From: Macrostomum hystrix
Lineage: Eukaryota; Animalia; Platyhelminthes
NCBI GenBank assembly: GCA_950097015.1
Contig: CATNEN010000011.1
Span: 1-64,000 of the forward strand
Length of the DNA: 64,000 nt
Direction of reading: 5' to 3'
In this document: piece by piece, positions 50,132-63,731 of the stretch
Layout: each line of letters begins with the position of its first letter
Numbering within the stretch: position 1 is the stretch's first letter
Program-made: the position numbers and the translations under genes
The notes under the pieces: generated by a model
The model's input: the letters and a program-made list of their open reading frames with translations, nothing else
Databases searched by the model: none
Told to the model about the DNA's origin: nothing

Positions 50132-52471
50132 ATGAACGCAGCTAAAGTTTTATATCTAGCTGCTCCCACAGATTTCTTGTGCAGCAATATCAGAACCAAT
50201 GATTGCTATTGCAGCTTACAGCTAGCATGCCTGACTTTGAGAGGCGCAATGATGGACGCTGATACAGGAACAACCATAGAAAACAATCATGCTCCGTGTA
50301 GCGATATAGAACAGGTTTGCGCGTGCTTTTCGCACAGATCGCTCTATATGGCTTTTCTGAACTATGTTGGGGCGCTGAGGCTAGACTTTGTTTCCTTGAT
50401 TGGAACTGGCGCTTACACACTCTCCCAGTCAGCTGGAAGATATGAACGGAGCAAAAGTTTTTGCTTGCTGCTCCCGCAGATGTCATTATGCTGCAATGTT
50501 AGAATTAGTCTCAGGATTTTGCAAAACACGCCGTACATGAATAAGCGAAAAGAACAACTTGAGCTTCTTGCACGTGCACTAGAACAGCTTTGCACGTTCT
50601 GTTTGCAAAGATCAATTCATGCTGCTATTTAAGCATTTTGAAGGGACACTCAAGGCTGTAGCTAGTTTGCTTAAGTGAAAGTGCTCTTACTCTAGTCAAG
50701 AGGAAGATATGAACGCAGCTAAAGTTTTATATCTAGCTGCTCCCACAGATGTCTTGTGCAGCAATATCAGAACCAATGATTGCTATTGCAGCTTACAGCT
50801 AGCATGCCTGACTTTGAGAGGCGCAATGATGCACGCTGATACAGGAACAACCATAGAAAACAATCATGCTCCGTGTAGCGATCTAGAACAGGTTTGCGCG
50901 TGCTTCTCGCACAGATCGCTCTATATGACTTTTCTGAACTATGTTGGGGCGCTGAGGCTAGACTTTGTTTCCTTGATTGGAACTGGCGCTTACACACTCT
51001 CCCAGTCAGCTGAAAGATATGAACGGAGCAAAAATTTTAGCTAGCTGCTCCCGCAGATGTCATTATGCTGCAATGTTAGAATTAGTCTCAGGATTTTGCA
51101 AAACACGCCGTACATGAATAAGCGAAAAGAACAACTTGAGCTTCTTGCACGTGCACTAGAACAGCTTTGCACGTTCTGTTTGCAAAGATCAATTCATGCT
51201 GCTATTTAAGCATTTTGAAGGGACACTCAAGGCTGTAGCTAGTTTCCTTAAGTGAAAGTGCTCTTACTCTAGTCAAGAGGAAGATATGAACGCAGCTAAA
51301 GTTTTATATCTAGCTGCTCCCACAGATGTCTTGTGCAGCAATATCAGAACCAATGATTGCTATTGCAGCTTACAGCTAGCATGCCTGACTTTGAGAGGCG
51401 CAATGATGCACGCTGATACAGGAACAACCATAGAAAACAATCATGCTCCGTGTAGCGATCTAGAACAGCTTTGCGCGTGCTTCTCGCACAGATCGATATA
51501 TGCTGCTATTTCAGAACTAAGGAACTGTGTCTGTGAACTGGGCGCTGAGGCTATAATAAAATTTCCTTGATTGAAACGTGCGTTTGCACACTCTCAATCA
51601 GCGGGAATATAGAAACGCAGCTAGAGTTTCAGCTAGCTGCTCCTACAGATGTCAATATGCTGCAATGTTAGAACTAGGCTCAAGCTTTTTGCAAATCACG
51701 CCGTACATGAAAAAGCGAAAAGAACAACTTGAGCTTCTTGCACGTGCACTAGAACAGCTTTGCACGTTCTGTTTGCAAAGATCAATTCATGCTGCTATTT
51801 AAGAATTTTGAAGGGACACTCAAGGCTGTAGCTAGTTTGCTTAAGTGAAAGTGCTCTTACTCTAGTCAAGAGGAAGATATGAACGCAGCTAAAGTTTTAT
51901 ATCTAGCTGCTCCCACAGATGTCTTGTGCAGCAATATCAGAACCAATGATTGCTATTGCAGCTTACAGCTAGCATGCCTGACTTTGAGAGGCGCAATGAT
52001 GCACGCTGATACAGGAACAACCATAGAAAACAATCATGCTCCGTGTAGCGATATAGAACAGCTTTGCGCGTGCTTCTCGCACAGATCGATATATGCTGCT
52101 ATTTCAGAACTAAGGAACTGTGTCTGTGAACTGGGCGCTGAGGCTATAATAAAAATTCCTTGATTGAAACGTGCGTTTGCACACTCTCAATCAGCGGGAA
52201 TATAGAAACGCAGCTAGAGTTTCAGCTAGCTGCTCCTACAGATGTCAATATGCTGCTATGTTAGAACTAGGCTCAAACTTTTTGCAAATCACGCCGTACA
52301 TGAAAAAGCGAAAAGAACAACTTGATCTTCTTGCACGTGCACTAGAACAGCTTTGCACGTTCTGTTTGCAAAGATCAATTCATGCTGCTATTTAAGCATT
52401 TTGAAGGGACACTCAAGGCTGTAGCTAGTTTGCTTAAGTGAAAGTGCTCTTACTCTAGTCAAGAGGAAGAT
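50132..52471 (+). repeat. A''-A-B-B block echoing 37760-40030 (offset 12372 bp)
   Basis: Same ordered variants: A'', then A with GCAAAAATTTTAG, then B with AAAATTTCC, then B with CAAACTTTTT and CTTGATCTTC. Confidence 0.85.
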
Positions 52472-55222
52472 ATGAACGCAGCTAAAGTTTTATATCTAGC
52501 TGCTCCCACAGATGTCTTGTGCAGCAATATCAGAACCAATGATTGCTATTGCAGCTTACAGCTAGCATGCCTGACTTTGAGAGGCGCAATGATGCACGCT
52601 GATACAGGAACAACCATAGAAAACAATCATGCTCCGTGTAGCGATATAGAACAGCTTTGCGCGTGCTTCTCGCACAGATCGATATATGCTGCTATTTCAG
52701 AACTAAGGAACTGTGTCTGTGAACTGGGCGCTGAGGCTATAATAAAAATTCCTTGATTGAAACGTGCGTTTGCACACTCTCAATCAGCGGGAATATAGAA
52801 ACGCAGCTAGAGTTTCAGCTAGCTGCTCCTACAGATGTCAATATGCTGCTATGTTAGAACTAGGCTCAAACTTTTTGCAAATCACGCCGTACATGAAAAA
52901 GCGAAAAGAACAACTTGATCTTCTTGCACGTGCACTAGAACAGCTTTGCACGTTCTGTTTGCAAAGATCAATTCATGCTGCTATTTAAGCATTTTTATTA
53001 ACAATCATGATAATAACAGCATTTAAGCATTTTTATTAACAATCATGATAATAACAATCATGATAATAAAAATTCCTTGATTGAAACGTGCGTTTGCACA
53101 CTCTCAATCAGCAGGAATATAGAAACGCAGCTAGAGTTTCAGCTAGCTGCTCCTACAGATGTCAATATGCTGCAATGTTAGAACTAGGCTCAAGCTTTTT
53201 GCAAATCACGCCGTACATGAAAAAGCGAAAAGAACAACTTGAGCTTCTTGCACGTGCACTAGAACAGCTTTGCACGTTCTGTTTGCAAAGATCAATTCAT
53301 GCTGCTATTTAAGCATTTTGAAGGGACACTCAAGGCTGTAGCTAGTTTGCTTAAGTGAAAGTGCTCTTACTCTAGTCAAGAGGAAGATATGAACGCAGCT
53401 AAAGTTTTATATCTAGCTGCTCCCACAGATGTCTTGTGCAGCAATATCAGAACCAATGATTGCTATTGCAGCTTACAGCTAGCATGCCTGACTTTGAGAG
53501 GCGCAATGATGCACGCTGATACAGGAACAACCATAGAAAACAATCATGCTCCGTGTAGCGATATAGAACAGCTTTGCGCGTGCTTCTCGCACAGATCGAT
53601 ATATGCTGCTATTTCAGAACTAAGGAACTGTGTCTGTGAACTGGGCGCTGAGGCTATAATAAAAATTCCTTGATTGAAACGTGCGTTTGCACACTCTCAA
53701 TCAGCGGGAATATAGAAACGCAGCTAGAGTTTCAGCTAGCTGCTCCTACAGATGTCAATATGCTGCTATGTTAGAACTAGGCTCGAACTTTTTGCAAATC
53801 ACGCCGTACATGAAAAAGCGAAAAGAACAACTTGATCTTCTTGCACGTGCACTAGAACAGCTTTGCACGTTCTGTTTGCAAAGATCAATTCATGCTGCTA
53901 TTTAAGCATTTTTATTAACAATCATGATAATAACAGCATTTAAGCATTTTTATTAACAATCATGATAATAACAATCATGATAATAAAAATTCCTTGATTG
54001 AAACGTGCGTTTGCACACTCTCAATCAGCAGGAATATAGAAACGCAGCTAGAGTTTCAGCTAGCTGCTCCTACAGATGTCAATATGCTGCAATGTTAGAA
54101 CTAGGCTCAAGCTTTTTGCAAATCACGCCGTACATGAAAAAGCGAAAAGAACAACTTGAGCTTCTTGCACGTGCACTAGAACAGCTTTGCACGTTCTGTT
54201 TGCAAAGATCAATTCATGCTGCTATTTAAGCATTTTGAAGGGACACTCAAGGCTGTAGCTAGTTTGCTTATGTGAAAGTGCTCTTACTCTAGTCAAGAGG
54301 AAGATATGAACGCAGCTAAAGATTTATATCTAGCTGCTCCCACAGATGTCTTGTGCAGCAATATCAGAACCAATGATTGCTATTGCAGCTTACAGCTAGC
54401 ATGCCTGACTTTGAGAGGCGCAATGATGCACGCTGATACAGGAACAACCATAGAAAACAATCATGCTCCGTGTAGCGATATAGAACAGCTTTGCGCGTGC
54501 TTCTCGCACAGATCGATATATGCTGCTATTTCAGAACTAAGGAACTGTGTCTGTGAACTGGGCGCTGAGGCTATAATAAAAATTCCTTGATTGAAACGTG
54601 CGTTTGCACACTCTCAATCAGCGGGAATATAGAAACGCAGCTAGAGTTTCAGCTAGCTGCTCCTACAGATGTCAATATGCTGCTATGTTAGAACTAGGCT
54701 CAAACTTTTTGCAAATCACGCCGTACATGAAAAAGCGAAAAGAACAACTTGATCTTCTTGCACGTGCACTAGAACAGCTTTGCACGTTCTGTTTGCAAAG
54801 ATCAATTCATGCTGCTATTTAAGCATTTTTATTAACAATCATGATAATAACAGCATTTAAGCATTTTTATTAACAATCATGATAATAACAATCATGATAA
54901 TAAAAATTCCTTGATTGAAACGTGCGTTTGCACACTCTCAATCAGCAGGAATATAGAAACGCAGCTAGAGTTTCAGCTAGCTGCTCCTACAGATGTCAAT
55001 ATGCTGCAATGTTAGAACTAGGCTCAAGCTTTTTGCAAATCACGCCGTACATGAAAAAGCGAAAAGAACAACTTGAGCTTCTTGCACGTGCACTAGAACA
55101 GCTTTGCACGTTCTGTTTGCAAAGATCAATTCATGCTACTATTTAGGCATTTTAAAGGGACACTTAAGGCTGTAGCTAGTTTGCTTAAGTGAAAGTGCTC
55201 TTACTCTAGTCAAGAGGAAGAT
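52472..55222 (+). repeat. 917-bp (B+C) repeat x3
   Basis: Anchors at 52472, 53389, 54306 and 55223; each B ends in the filler junction. Confidence 0.95.
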
Positions 55223-56057
55223 ATGAACGCAGCTAAAGTTTTATATCTAGCTGCTCCCACAGATGTCTTGTGCAGCAATATCAGAACCAATGATTGCTAT
55301 TGCAGCTTACAGCTAGCATGCCTGACTTTGAGAGGCGCAATGATGCACGCTGATACAGGAACAACCATAGAAAACAATCATGCTCCGTGTAGCGATATAG
55401 AACAGCTTTGCGCGTGCTTCTCGCACAGATCGATATATGCTGCTATTTCAGAACTAAGGAACTGTGTCTGTGAACTGGGCGCTGAGGCTATAATAAAATT
55501 TCCTTGATTGAAACGTGCGTTTGCACACTCTCAATCAGCGGGAATATAGAAACGCAGCTAGAGTTTCAGCTAGCTGCTCCTACAGATGTCAATATGCTGC
55601 TATGTTAGAACTAGGCTCAAGCTTTTTGCAAATCACGCCGTACATGAAAAAGCGAAAAGAACAACTTGAGCTTCTTGCACGTGCACTAGAACAGCTTTGC
55701 ACGTTCTGTTTGCAAAGATCAATTCATGCTGCTATTTAAGCATTTTTATTAACAATCATGATAATAACAGCATTTAAGCATTTTTATTAACAATCATGAT
55801 AATAACAATCATGATAATAAAAATTCCTTGATTGAAACGTGCGTTTGCACACTCTCAATCAGCGGGAATATAGAAACGCAGCTAGAGTTTCAGCTAGCCG
55901 CTCCTACAGATGTCAATATGCTGCTATGTTAGAACTAGGCTCAAGCTTTTTGCAAATCACGCCGTACATGAAAAAGCGAAAAGAACAACTTGAGCTTCTT
56001 GCACGTGCACTAGAACAGCTTTGCACGTTCTGTTTGCAAAGATCAATTCATGCTGCT

Positions 56058-56213
56058 ATTTAAGCATTTTTATTAACAATCATGATAATAACAGCATTTA
56101 AGCATTTTTATTAACAATCATGATAATAACAGCATTTAAGCATTTTTATTAACAATCATGATAATAACAGCATTTAAGCCTTTTTATTAACAATCATGAT
56201 AATAACAATCATG
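56058..56213 (+). repeat. 38-bp minisatellite ATTTAAGCATTTTTATTAACAATCATGATAATAACAGC, ~4 copies
   Basis: Half-unit spacing is 400 = 324+2x38 (55839 to 56239); the copies are directly readable. Confidence 0.93.
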
Positions 56214-56539
56214 ATAATAAAAATTCCTTGATTGAAACGTGCGTTTGCACACTCTCAATCAGCAGGAATATAGAAACGCAGCTAGAGTTTCTGCTAGCTG
56301 CTCCTACAGATGTCAATATGCTGCAATGTTAGAACTAGGCTCAAGCTTTTTGCAAATCACGCCGTACATGAAAAAGCGAAAAGAACAACTTGAGCTTCTT
56401 GCACGTGCACTAGAACAGCTTTGCACGTTCTGTTTGCAAAGATCAATTCATGCTGCTATTTAAGCATTTTGAAGGGACACTCAAGGCTGTAGCTAGTTTG
56501 CTTAAGTGAAAGTGCTCTTACTCCAGTCAAGAGGAAGAT

Positions 56540-59500
56540 ATGAACGCAGCTAAAGTTTTATATCTAGCTGCTCCCACAGATGTCTTGTGCAGCAATATCA
56601 GAACCAATGATTGCTATTGCAGCTTACAGCTAGCATGCCTGACTTTGAGAGGCGCAATGATGCACGCTGATACAGGAACAACCATAGAAAACAATCATGC
56701 TCCGTGTAGCGATATAGAACAGCTTTGCGCGTGCTTCTCGCACAGATCGATATATGCTGCTATTTCAGAACTAAGGAACTGTGTCTGTGAACTGGGCGCT
56801 GAGGCTATAATAAAAATTCCTTGATTGAAACGTGTGTTTGCACACTCTCAATCAGCAGGAATATAGAAACGCAGCTAGAGTTTCAGCTAGCTGCTCCTAC
56901 AGATGTCAATATGCTGCAATGTTAGAACTAGGCTCAAGCTTTTTGCAAATCACGCCGTACATGAAAAAGCGAAAAGAACAACTTGAGCTTCTTGCACGTG
57001 CACTAGAACAGCTTTGCACGTTCTGTTTGCAAAGATCAATTCATGCTGCTATTTAAGCATTTTGAAGGGACACTCAAGGCTGTAGCTAGTTTGCTTAAGT
57101 GAAAGTGCTCTTACTCTAGTCAAGAGGAAGATATGAACCCAGCTAAAGTTTTATATCTAGCTGCTCCCACAGATGTCTTGTGCAGCAATATCAGAACCAA
57201 TGATTGCTATTGCAGCTTACAGCTAGCATGCCTGACTTTGAGAGGCGCAATGATGCACGCTGATACAGGAACAACCATAGAAAACAATCATGCTCCGTGT
57301 AGCGATATAGAACAGCTTTGCGCGTGCTTCTCGCACAGATCGATATATGCTGCTATTTCAGAACTAAGGAACTGTGTCTGTGAACTGGGCGCTGAGGCTA
57401 TAATAAAAATTCCTTGATTGAAACGTGCGTTTGCACACTCTCAATCAGCAGGAATATAGAAACGCAGCTAGAGTTTCAGCTAGCTGCTCCTACAGATGTC
57501 AATATGCTGCAATGTTAGAACTAGGCTCAAGCTTTTTGCAAATCACGCCGTACATGAAAAAGCGAAAAGAACAACTTGAGCTTCTTGCACGTGCACTAGA
57601 ACAGCTTTGCACGTTCTGTTTGCAAAGATCAATTCATGCTGCTATTTAAGCATTTTGAAGGGACACTCAAGGCTGTAGCTAGTTTGCTTAAGTGAAAGTG
57701 CTCTTACTCTAGTCAAGAGGAAGATATGAACGCAGCTAAAGTTTTATATCTAGCTGCTCCCACAGATGTCTTGTGCAGCAATATCAGAACCAATGATTGC
57801 TATTGCAGCTTACAGCTAGCATGCCTGACTTTGAGAGGCGCAATGATGCACGCTGATACAGGAACAACCATAGAAAACAATCATGCTCCGTGTAGCGATA
57901 TAGAACAGCTTTGCGCGTGCTTCTCGCACAGATCGATATATGCTGCTATTTCAGAACTAAGGAACTGTGTCTGTGAACTGGGCGCTGAGGCTATAATAAA
58001 AATTCCTTGATTGAAACGTGCGTTTGCACACTCTCAATCAGCAGGAATATAGAAACGCAGCTAGAGTTTCAGCTAGCTGCTCCTACAGATGTCAATATGC
58101 TGCAATGTTAGAACTAGGCTCAAGCTTTTTGCAAATCACGCCGTACATGAAAAAGCGAAAAGAACAACTTGAGCTTCTTGCACGTGCACTAGAACAGCTT
58201 TGCACGTTCTGTTTGCAAAGATCAATTCATGCTGCTATTTAAGCATTTTGAAGGGACACTCAAGGCTGTAGCTAGTTTGCTTAAGTGAAAGTGCTCTTAC
58301 TCTAGTCAAGAGGAAGATATGAACCCAGCTAAAGTTTTATATCTAGCTGCTCCCACAGATGTCTTGTGCAGCAATATCAGAACCAATGATTGCTATTGCA
58401 GCTTACAGCTAGCATGCCTGACTTTGAGAGGCGCAATGATGCACGCTGATACAGGAACAACCATAGAAAACAATCATGCTCCGTGTAGCGATATAGAACA
58501 GCTTTGCGCGTGCTTCTCGCACAGATCGATATATGCTGCTATTTCAGAACTAAGGAACTGTGTCTGTGAACTGGGCGCTGAGGCTATAATAAAAATTCCT
58601 TGATTGAAACGTGCGTTTGCACACTCTCAATCAGCAGGAATATAGAAACGCAGCTAGAGTTTCAGCTAGCTGCTCCTACAGATGTCAATATGCTGCAATG
58701 TTAGAACTAGGCTCAAGCTTTTTGCAAATCACGCCGTACATGAAAAAGCGAAAAGAACAACTTGAGCTTCTTGCACGTGCACTAGAACAGCTTTGCACGT
58801 TCTGTTTGCAAAGATCAATTCATGCTGCTATTTAAGCATTTTGAAGGGACACTCAAGGCTGTAGCTAGTTTGCTTAAGTGAAAGTGCTCTTACTCTAGTC
58901 AAGAGGAAGATATGAACGCAGCTAAAGTTTTATATCTAGCTGCTCCCACAGATGTCTTGTGCAGCAATATCAGAACCAATGATTGCTATTGCAGCTTACA
59001 GCTAGCATGCCTGACTTTGAGAGGCGCAATGATGCACGCTGATACAGGAACAACCATAGAAAACAATCATGCTCCGTGTAGCGATATAGAACAGCTTTGC
59101 GCGTGCTTCTCGCACAGATCGATATATGCTGCTATTTCAGAACTAAGGAACTGTGTCTGTGAACTGGGCGCTGAGGCTATAATAAAAATTCCTTGATTGA
59201 AACGTGCGTTTGCACACTCTCAATCAGCAGGAATATAGAAACGCAGCTAGAGTTTCAGCTAGCTGCTCCTACAGATGTCAATATGCTGCTATGTTAGAAC
59301 TAGGCTCAAGCTTTTTGCAAATCACGCCGTACATGAAAAAGCGAAAAGAACAACTTGAGCTTCTTGCACGTGCACTAGAACAGCTTTGCACGTTCTGTTT
59401 GCAAAGATCAATTCATGCTGCTATTTAAGCATTTTGAAGGGACACTCAAGGCTGTAGCTAGTTTGCTTAAGTGAAAGTGCTCTTACTCTAGTCAAGAGGA

Positions 59501-61876
59501 AGATATGAACCCAGCTAAAGTTTTATATCTAGCTGCTCCCACAGATGTCTTGTGCAGCAATATCAGAACCAATGATTGCTATTGCAGCTTACAGCTAGCA
59601 TGCCTGACTTTGAGAGGCGCAATGATGCACGCTGATACAGGAACAACCATAGAAAACAATCATGCTCCGTGTAGCGATATAGAACAGCTTTGCGCGTGCT
59701 TCTCGCACAGATCGATATATGCTGCTATTTCAGAACTAAGGAACTGTGTCTGTGAACTGGGCGCTGAGGCTATAATAAAAATTCCTTGATTGAAACGTGC
59801 GTTTGCACACTCTCAATCAGCAGGAATATAGAAACGCAGCTAGAGTTTCAGCTAGCTGCTCCTACAGATGTCAATATGCTGCAATGTTAGAACTAGGCTC
59901 AAGCTTTTTGCAAATCACGCCGTACATGAAAAAGCGAAAAGAACAACTTGAGCTTCTTGCACGTGCACTAGAACAGCTTTGCACGTTCTGTTTGCAAAGA
60001 TCAATTCATGCTGCTATTTAAGCATTTTGAAGGGACACTCAAGGCTGTAGCTAGTTTGCTTAAGTGAAAGTGCTCTTACTCTAGTCAAGAGGAAGATATG
60101 AACGCAGCTAAAGTTTTATATCTAGCTGCTCCCACAGATGTCTTGTGCAGCAATATCAGAACCAATGATTGCTATTGCAGCTTACAGCTAGCATGCCTGA
60201 CTTTGAGAGGCGCAATGATGCACGCTGATACAGGAACAACCATAGAAAACAATCATGCTCCGTGTAGCGATATAGAACAGCTTTGCGCGTGCTTCTCGCA
60301 CAGATCGATATATGCTGCTATTTCAGAACTAAGGAACTGTGTCTGTGAACTGGGCGCTGAGGCTATAATAAAAATTCCTTGATTGAAACGTGCGTTTGCA
60401 CACTCTCAATCAGCAGGAATATAGAAACGCAGCTAGAGTTTCAGCTAGCTGCTCCTACAGATGTCAATATGCTGCAATGTTAGAACTAGGCTCAAGCTTT
60501 TTGCAAATCACGCCGTACATGAAAAAGCGAAAAGAACAACTTGAGCTTCTTGCACGTGCACTAGAACAGCTTTGCACGTTCTGTTTGCAAAGATCAATTC
60601 ATGCTGCTATTTAAGCATTTTGAAGGGACACTCAAGGCTGTAGCTAGTTTGCTTAAGTGAAAGTGCTCTTACTCTAGTCAAGAGGAAGATATGAACGCAG
60701 CTAAAGTTTTATATCTAGCTGCTCCCACAGATGTCTTGTGCAGCAATATCAGAACCAATGATTGCTATTGCAGCTTACAGCTAGCATGCCTGACTTTGAG
60801 AGGCGCAATGATGCACGCTGATACAGGAACAACCATAGAAAACAATCATGCTCCGTGTAGCGATATAGAACAGCTTTGCGCGTGCTTCTCGCACAGATCG
60901 ATATATGCTGCTATTTCAGAACTAAGGAACTGTGTCTGTGAACTGGGCGCTGAGGCTATAATAAAAATTCCTTGATTGAAACGTGCGTTTGCACACTCTC
61001 AATCAGCAGGAATATAGAAACGCAGCTAGAGTTTCAGCTAGCTGCTCCTACAGATGTCAATATGCTGCAATGTTAGAACTAGGCTCAAGCTTTTTGCAAA
61101 TCACGCCGTACATGAAAAAGCGAAAAGAACAACTTGAGCTTCTTGCACGTGCACTAGAACAGCTTTGCACGTTCTGTTTGCAAAGATCAATTCATGCTGC
61201 TATTTAAGCATTTTAAAGGGACACTCAAGGCTGTAGCTAGTTTGCTTAAGTGAAAGTGCTCTTACTCTAGTCAAGAGGAAGATATGAACGCAGCTAAAGT
61301 TTTATATCTAGCTGCTCCCACAGATGTCTTGTGCAGCAATATCAGAACCAATGATTGCTATTGCAGCTTACAGCTAGCATGCCTGACTTTGAGAGGCGCA
61401 ATGATGCACGCTGATACAGGAACAACCATAGAAAACAATCATGCTCCGTGTAGCGATATAGAACAGCTTTGCGCGTGCTTCTCGCACAGATCGATATATG
61501 CTGCTATTTCAGAACTAAGGAACTGTGTCTGTGAACTAGGCGCTGAGGCTATAATAAAATTTCCTTGATTGAAACGTGCGTTTACACACTCTCAATCAGC
61601 GGGAATATAGAAACGCAGCTAGAGTTTCAGCTAGCTGCTCCTACAGATGTCAATATGCTGCTATGTTAGAACTAGGCTCAAGCTTTTTGCAAATCACGCC
61701 GTACATGAAAAAGCGAAAAGAACAACTTGAGCTTCTTGCACGTGCACTAGAACAGCTTTGCACGTTCTGTTTGCAAAGATCAATTCATGCTACTATTTAG
61801 GCATTTTGAAGGGACACTTAAGGCTGTAGCTAGTTTGCTTAAGTGAAAGTGCTCTTACTCTAGTCAAGAGGAAGAT
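56540..61876 (+). repeat. Homogeneous type B block, 9 x 593 bp, containing a 1186-bp dimer HOR (57133-60690)
   Basis: Exact 593-bp spacing from 56540 to 61877. The GAACCCAGC SNP marks every second unit (57133, 58319, 59505). Confidence 0.95.
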
Positions 61877-63317
61877 ATGAACGCAGCTAAAGTTTTATAT
61901 CTAGCTGCTCCCACAGATGTCTTGTGCAGCAATATCAGAACCAATGATTGCTATTGCAGCTTACAGCTAGCATGCCTGACTTTGAGAGGCGCAATGATGC
62001 ACGCTGATACAGGAACAACCATAGAAAACAATCATGCTCCGTGTAGCGATATAGAACAGCTTTGCGCGTGCTTCTCGCACAGATCGATATATGCTGCTAT
62101 TTCAGAACTAAGGAACTGTGTCTGTGAACTGGGCGCTGAGGCTATAATAAAAATTCCTTGATTGAAACGTGCGTTTGCACACTCTCAATCAGCGGGAATA
62201 TAGAAACGCAGCTAGAGTTTCAGCTAGCTGCTCCTACAGATGTCAATATGCTGCTATGTTAGAACTAGGCTCAAACTTTTTGCAAATCACGCCGTACATG
62301 AAAAAGCGAAAAGAACAACTTGATCTTCTTGCACGTGCACTAGAACAGCTTTGCACGTTCTGTTTGCAAAGATCAATTCATGCTGCTATTTAAGCATTTT
62401 TATTAACAATCATGACAATAACAGCATTTAAGCATTTTTATTAACAATCATGATAATAACAATCATGATAATAAAAATTCCTTGATTGAAACGTGCGTTT
62501 GCACACTCTCAATCAGCAGGAATATAGAAACGCAGCTAGAGTTTCAGCTAGCTGCTCCTACAGATGTCAATATGCTGCTATGTTAGAACTAGGCTCAAGC
62601 TTTTTGCAAATCACGCCGTACATGAAAAAGCGAAAAGAACAACTTGAGCTTCTTGCACGTGCACTAGAACAGCTTTGCACGTTCTGTTTGCAAAGATCAA
62701 TTCATGCTACTATTTAGGCATTTTGAAGGGACACTTAAGGCTGTAGCTAGTTTGCTTAAGTGAAAGTGCTCTTACTCTAGTCAAGAGGAAGATATGAACG
62801 CAGCTAAAGTTTTATATCTAGCTGCTCCCACAGATGTCTTGTGCAGCAATATCAGAACCAATGATTGCTATTGCAGCTTACAGCTAGCATGCCTGACTTT
62901 GAGAGGCGCAATGATGCACGCTGATACAGGAACAACCATAGAAAACAATCATGCTCCGTGTAGCGATATAGAACAGCTTTGCGCGTGCTTCTCGCACAGA
63001 TCGATATATGCTGCTATTTCAGAACTAAGGAACTGTGTCTGTGAACTGGGCGCTGAGGCTATAATAAAAATTCCTTGATTGAAACGTGCGTTTGCACACT
63101 CTCAATCAGCGGGAATATAGAAACGCAGCTAGAGTTTCAGCTAGCTGCTCCTACAGATGTCAATATGCTGCTATGTTAGAACTAGGCTCAAGCTTTTTGC
63201 AAATCACGCCGTACATGAAAAAGCGAAAAGAACAACTTGAGCTTCTTGCACGTGCACTAGAACAGCTTTGCACGTTCTGTTTGCAAAGATCAATTCATGC
63301 TGCTATTTAAGCATTTT

Positions 63318-63369
63318 TATTAACAATCATGATAATAACAGCATTTAAGCATTTCTATTAACAATCATG
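63318..63369. other. Contracted filler (52 bp; one 15-bp AACAATCATGATAAT copy lost)
   Basis: Half-unit spacing is 309 = 324-15; it also carries the SNP ATTTCTATTA. Confidence 0.9.
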
Positions 63370-63626
63370 ATAATAAAAATTCCTTGATTGAAACGTGCGT
63401 TTGCACACTCGCAATCAGCGGGAATATAGAAACGCAGCTAGAGTTTCAGCTAGCCGCTCCTACAGATGTCAATATGCTGCTATGTTAGAACTAGGCTCAA
63501 GCTTTTTGCAAATCACGCCGTACATGAAAAAGCGAAAAGAACAACTTGAGCTTCTTGCACGTGCACTAGAACAGCTTTGCACGTTCTGTTTGCAAAGATC
63601 AATTCATGCTGCTATTTAAGCATTTT

Positions 63627-63731
63627 TATTAACAATCATGATAATAACAGCATTTAAGCATTTTTATTAACAATCATGATAATAACAGCATTTAAGCCTT
63701 TTTATTAACAATCATGATAATAACAATCATG
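63627..63731. repeat. Filler with ~3 copies of the 38-bp unit (105 bp)
   Basis: Half-unit spacing is 362 = 324+38. Confidence 0.92.
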
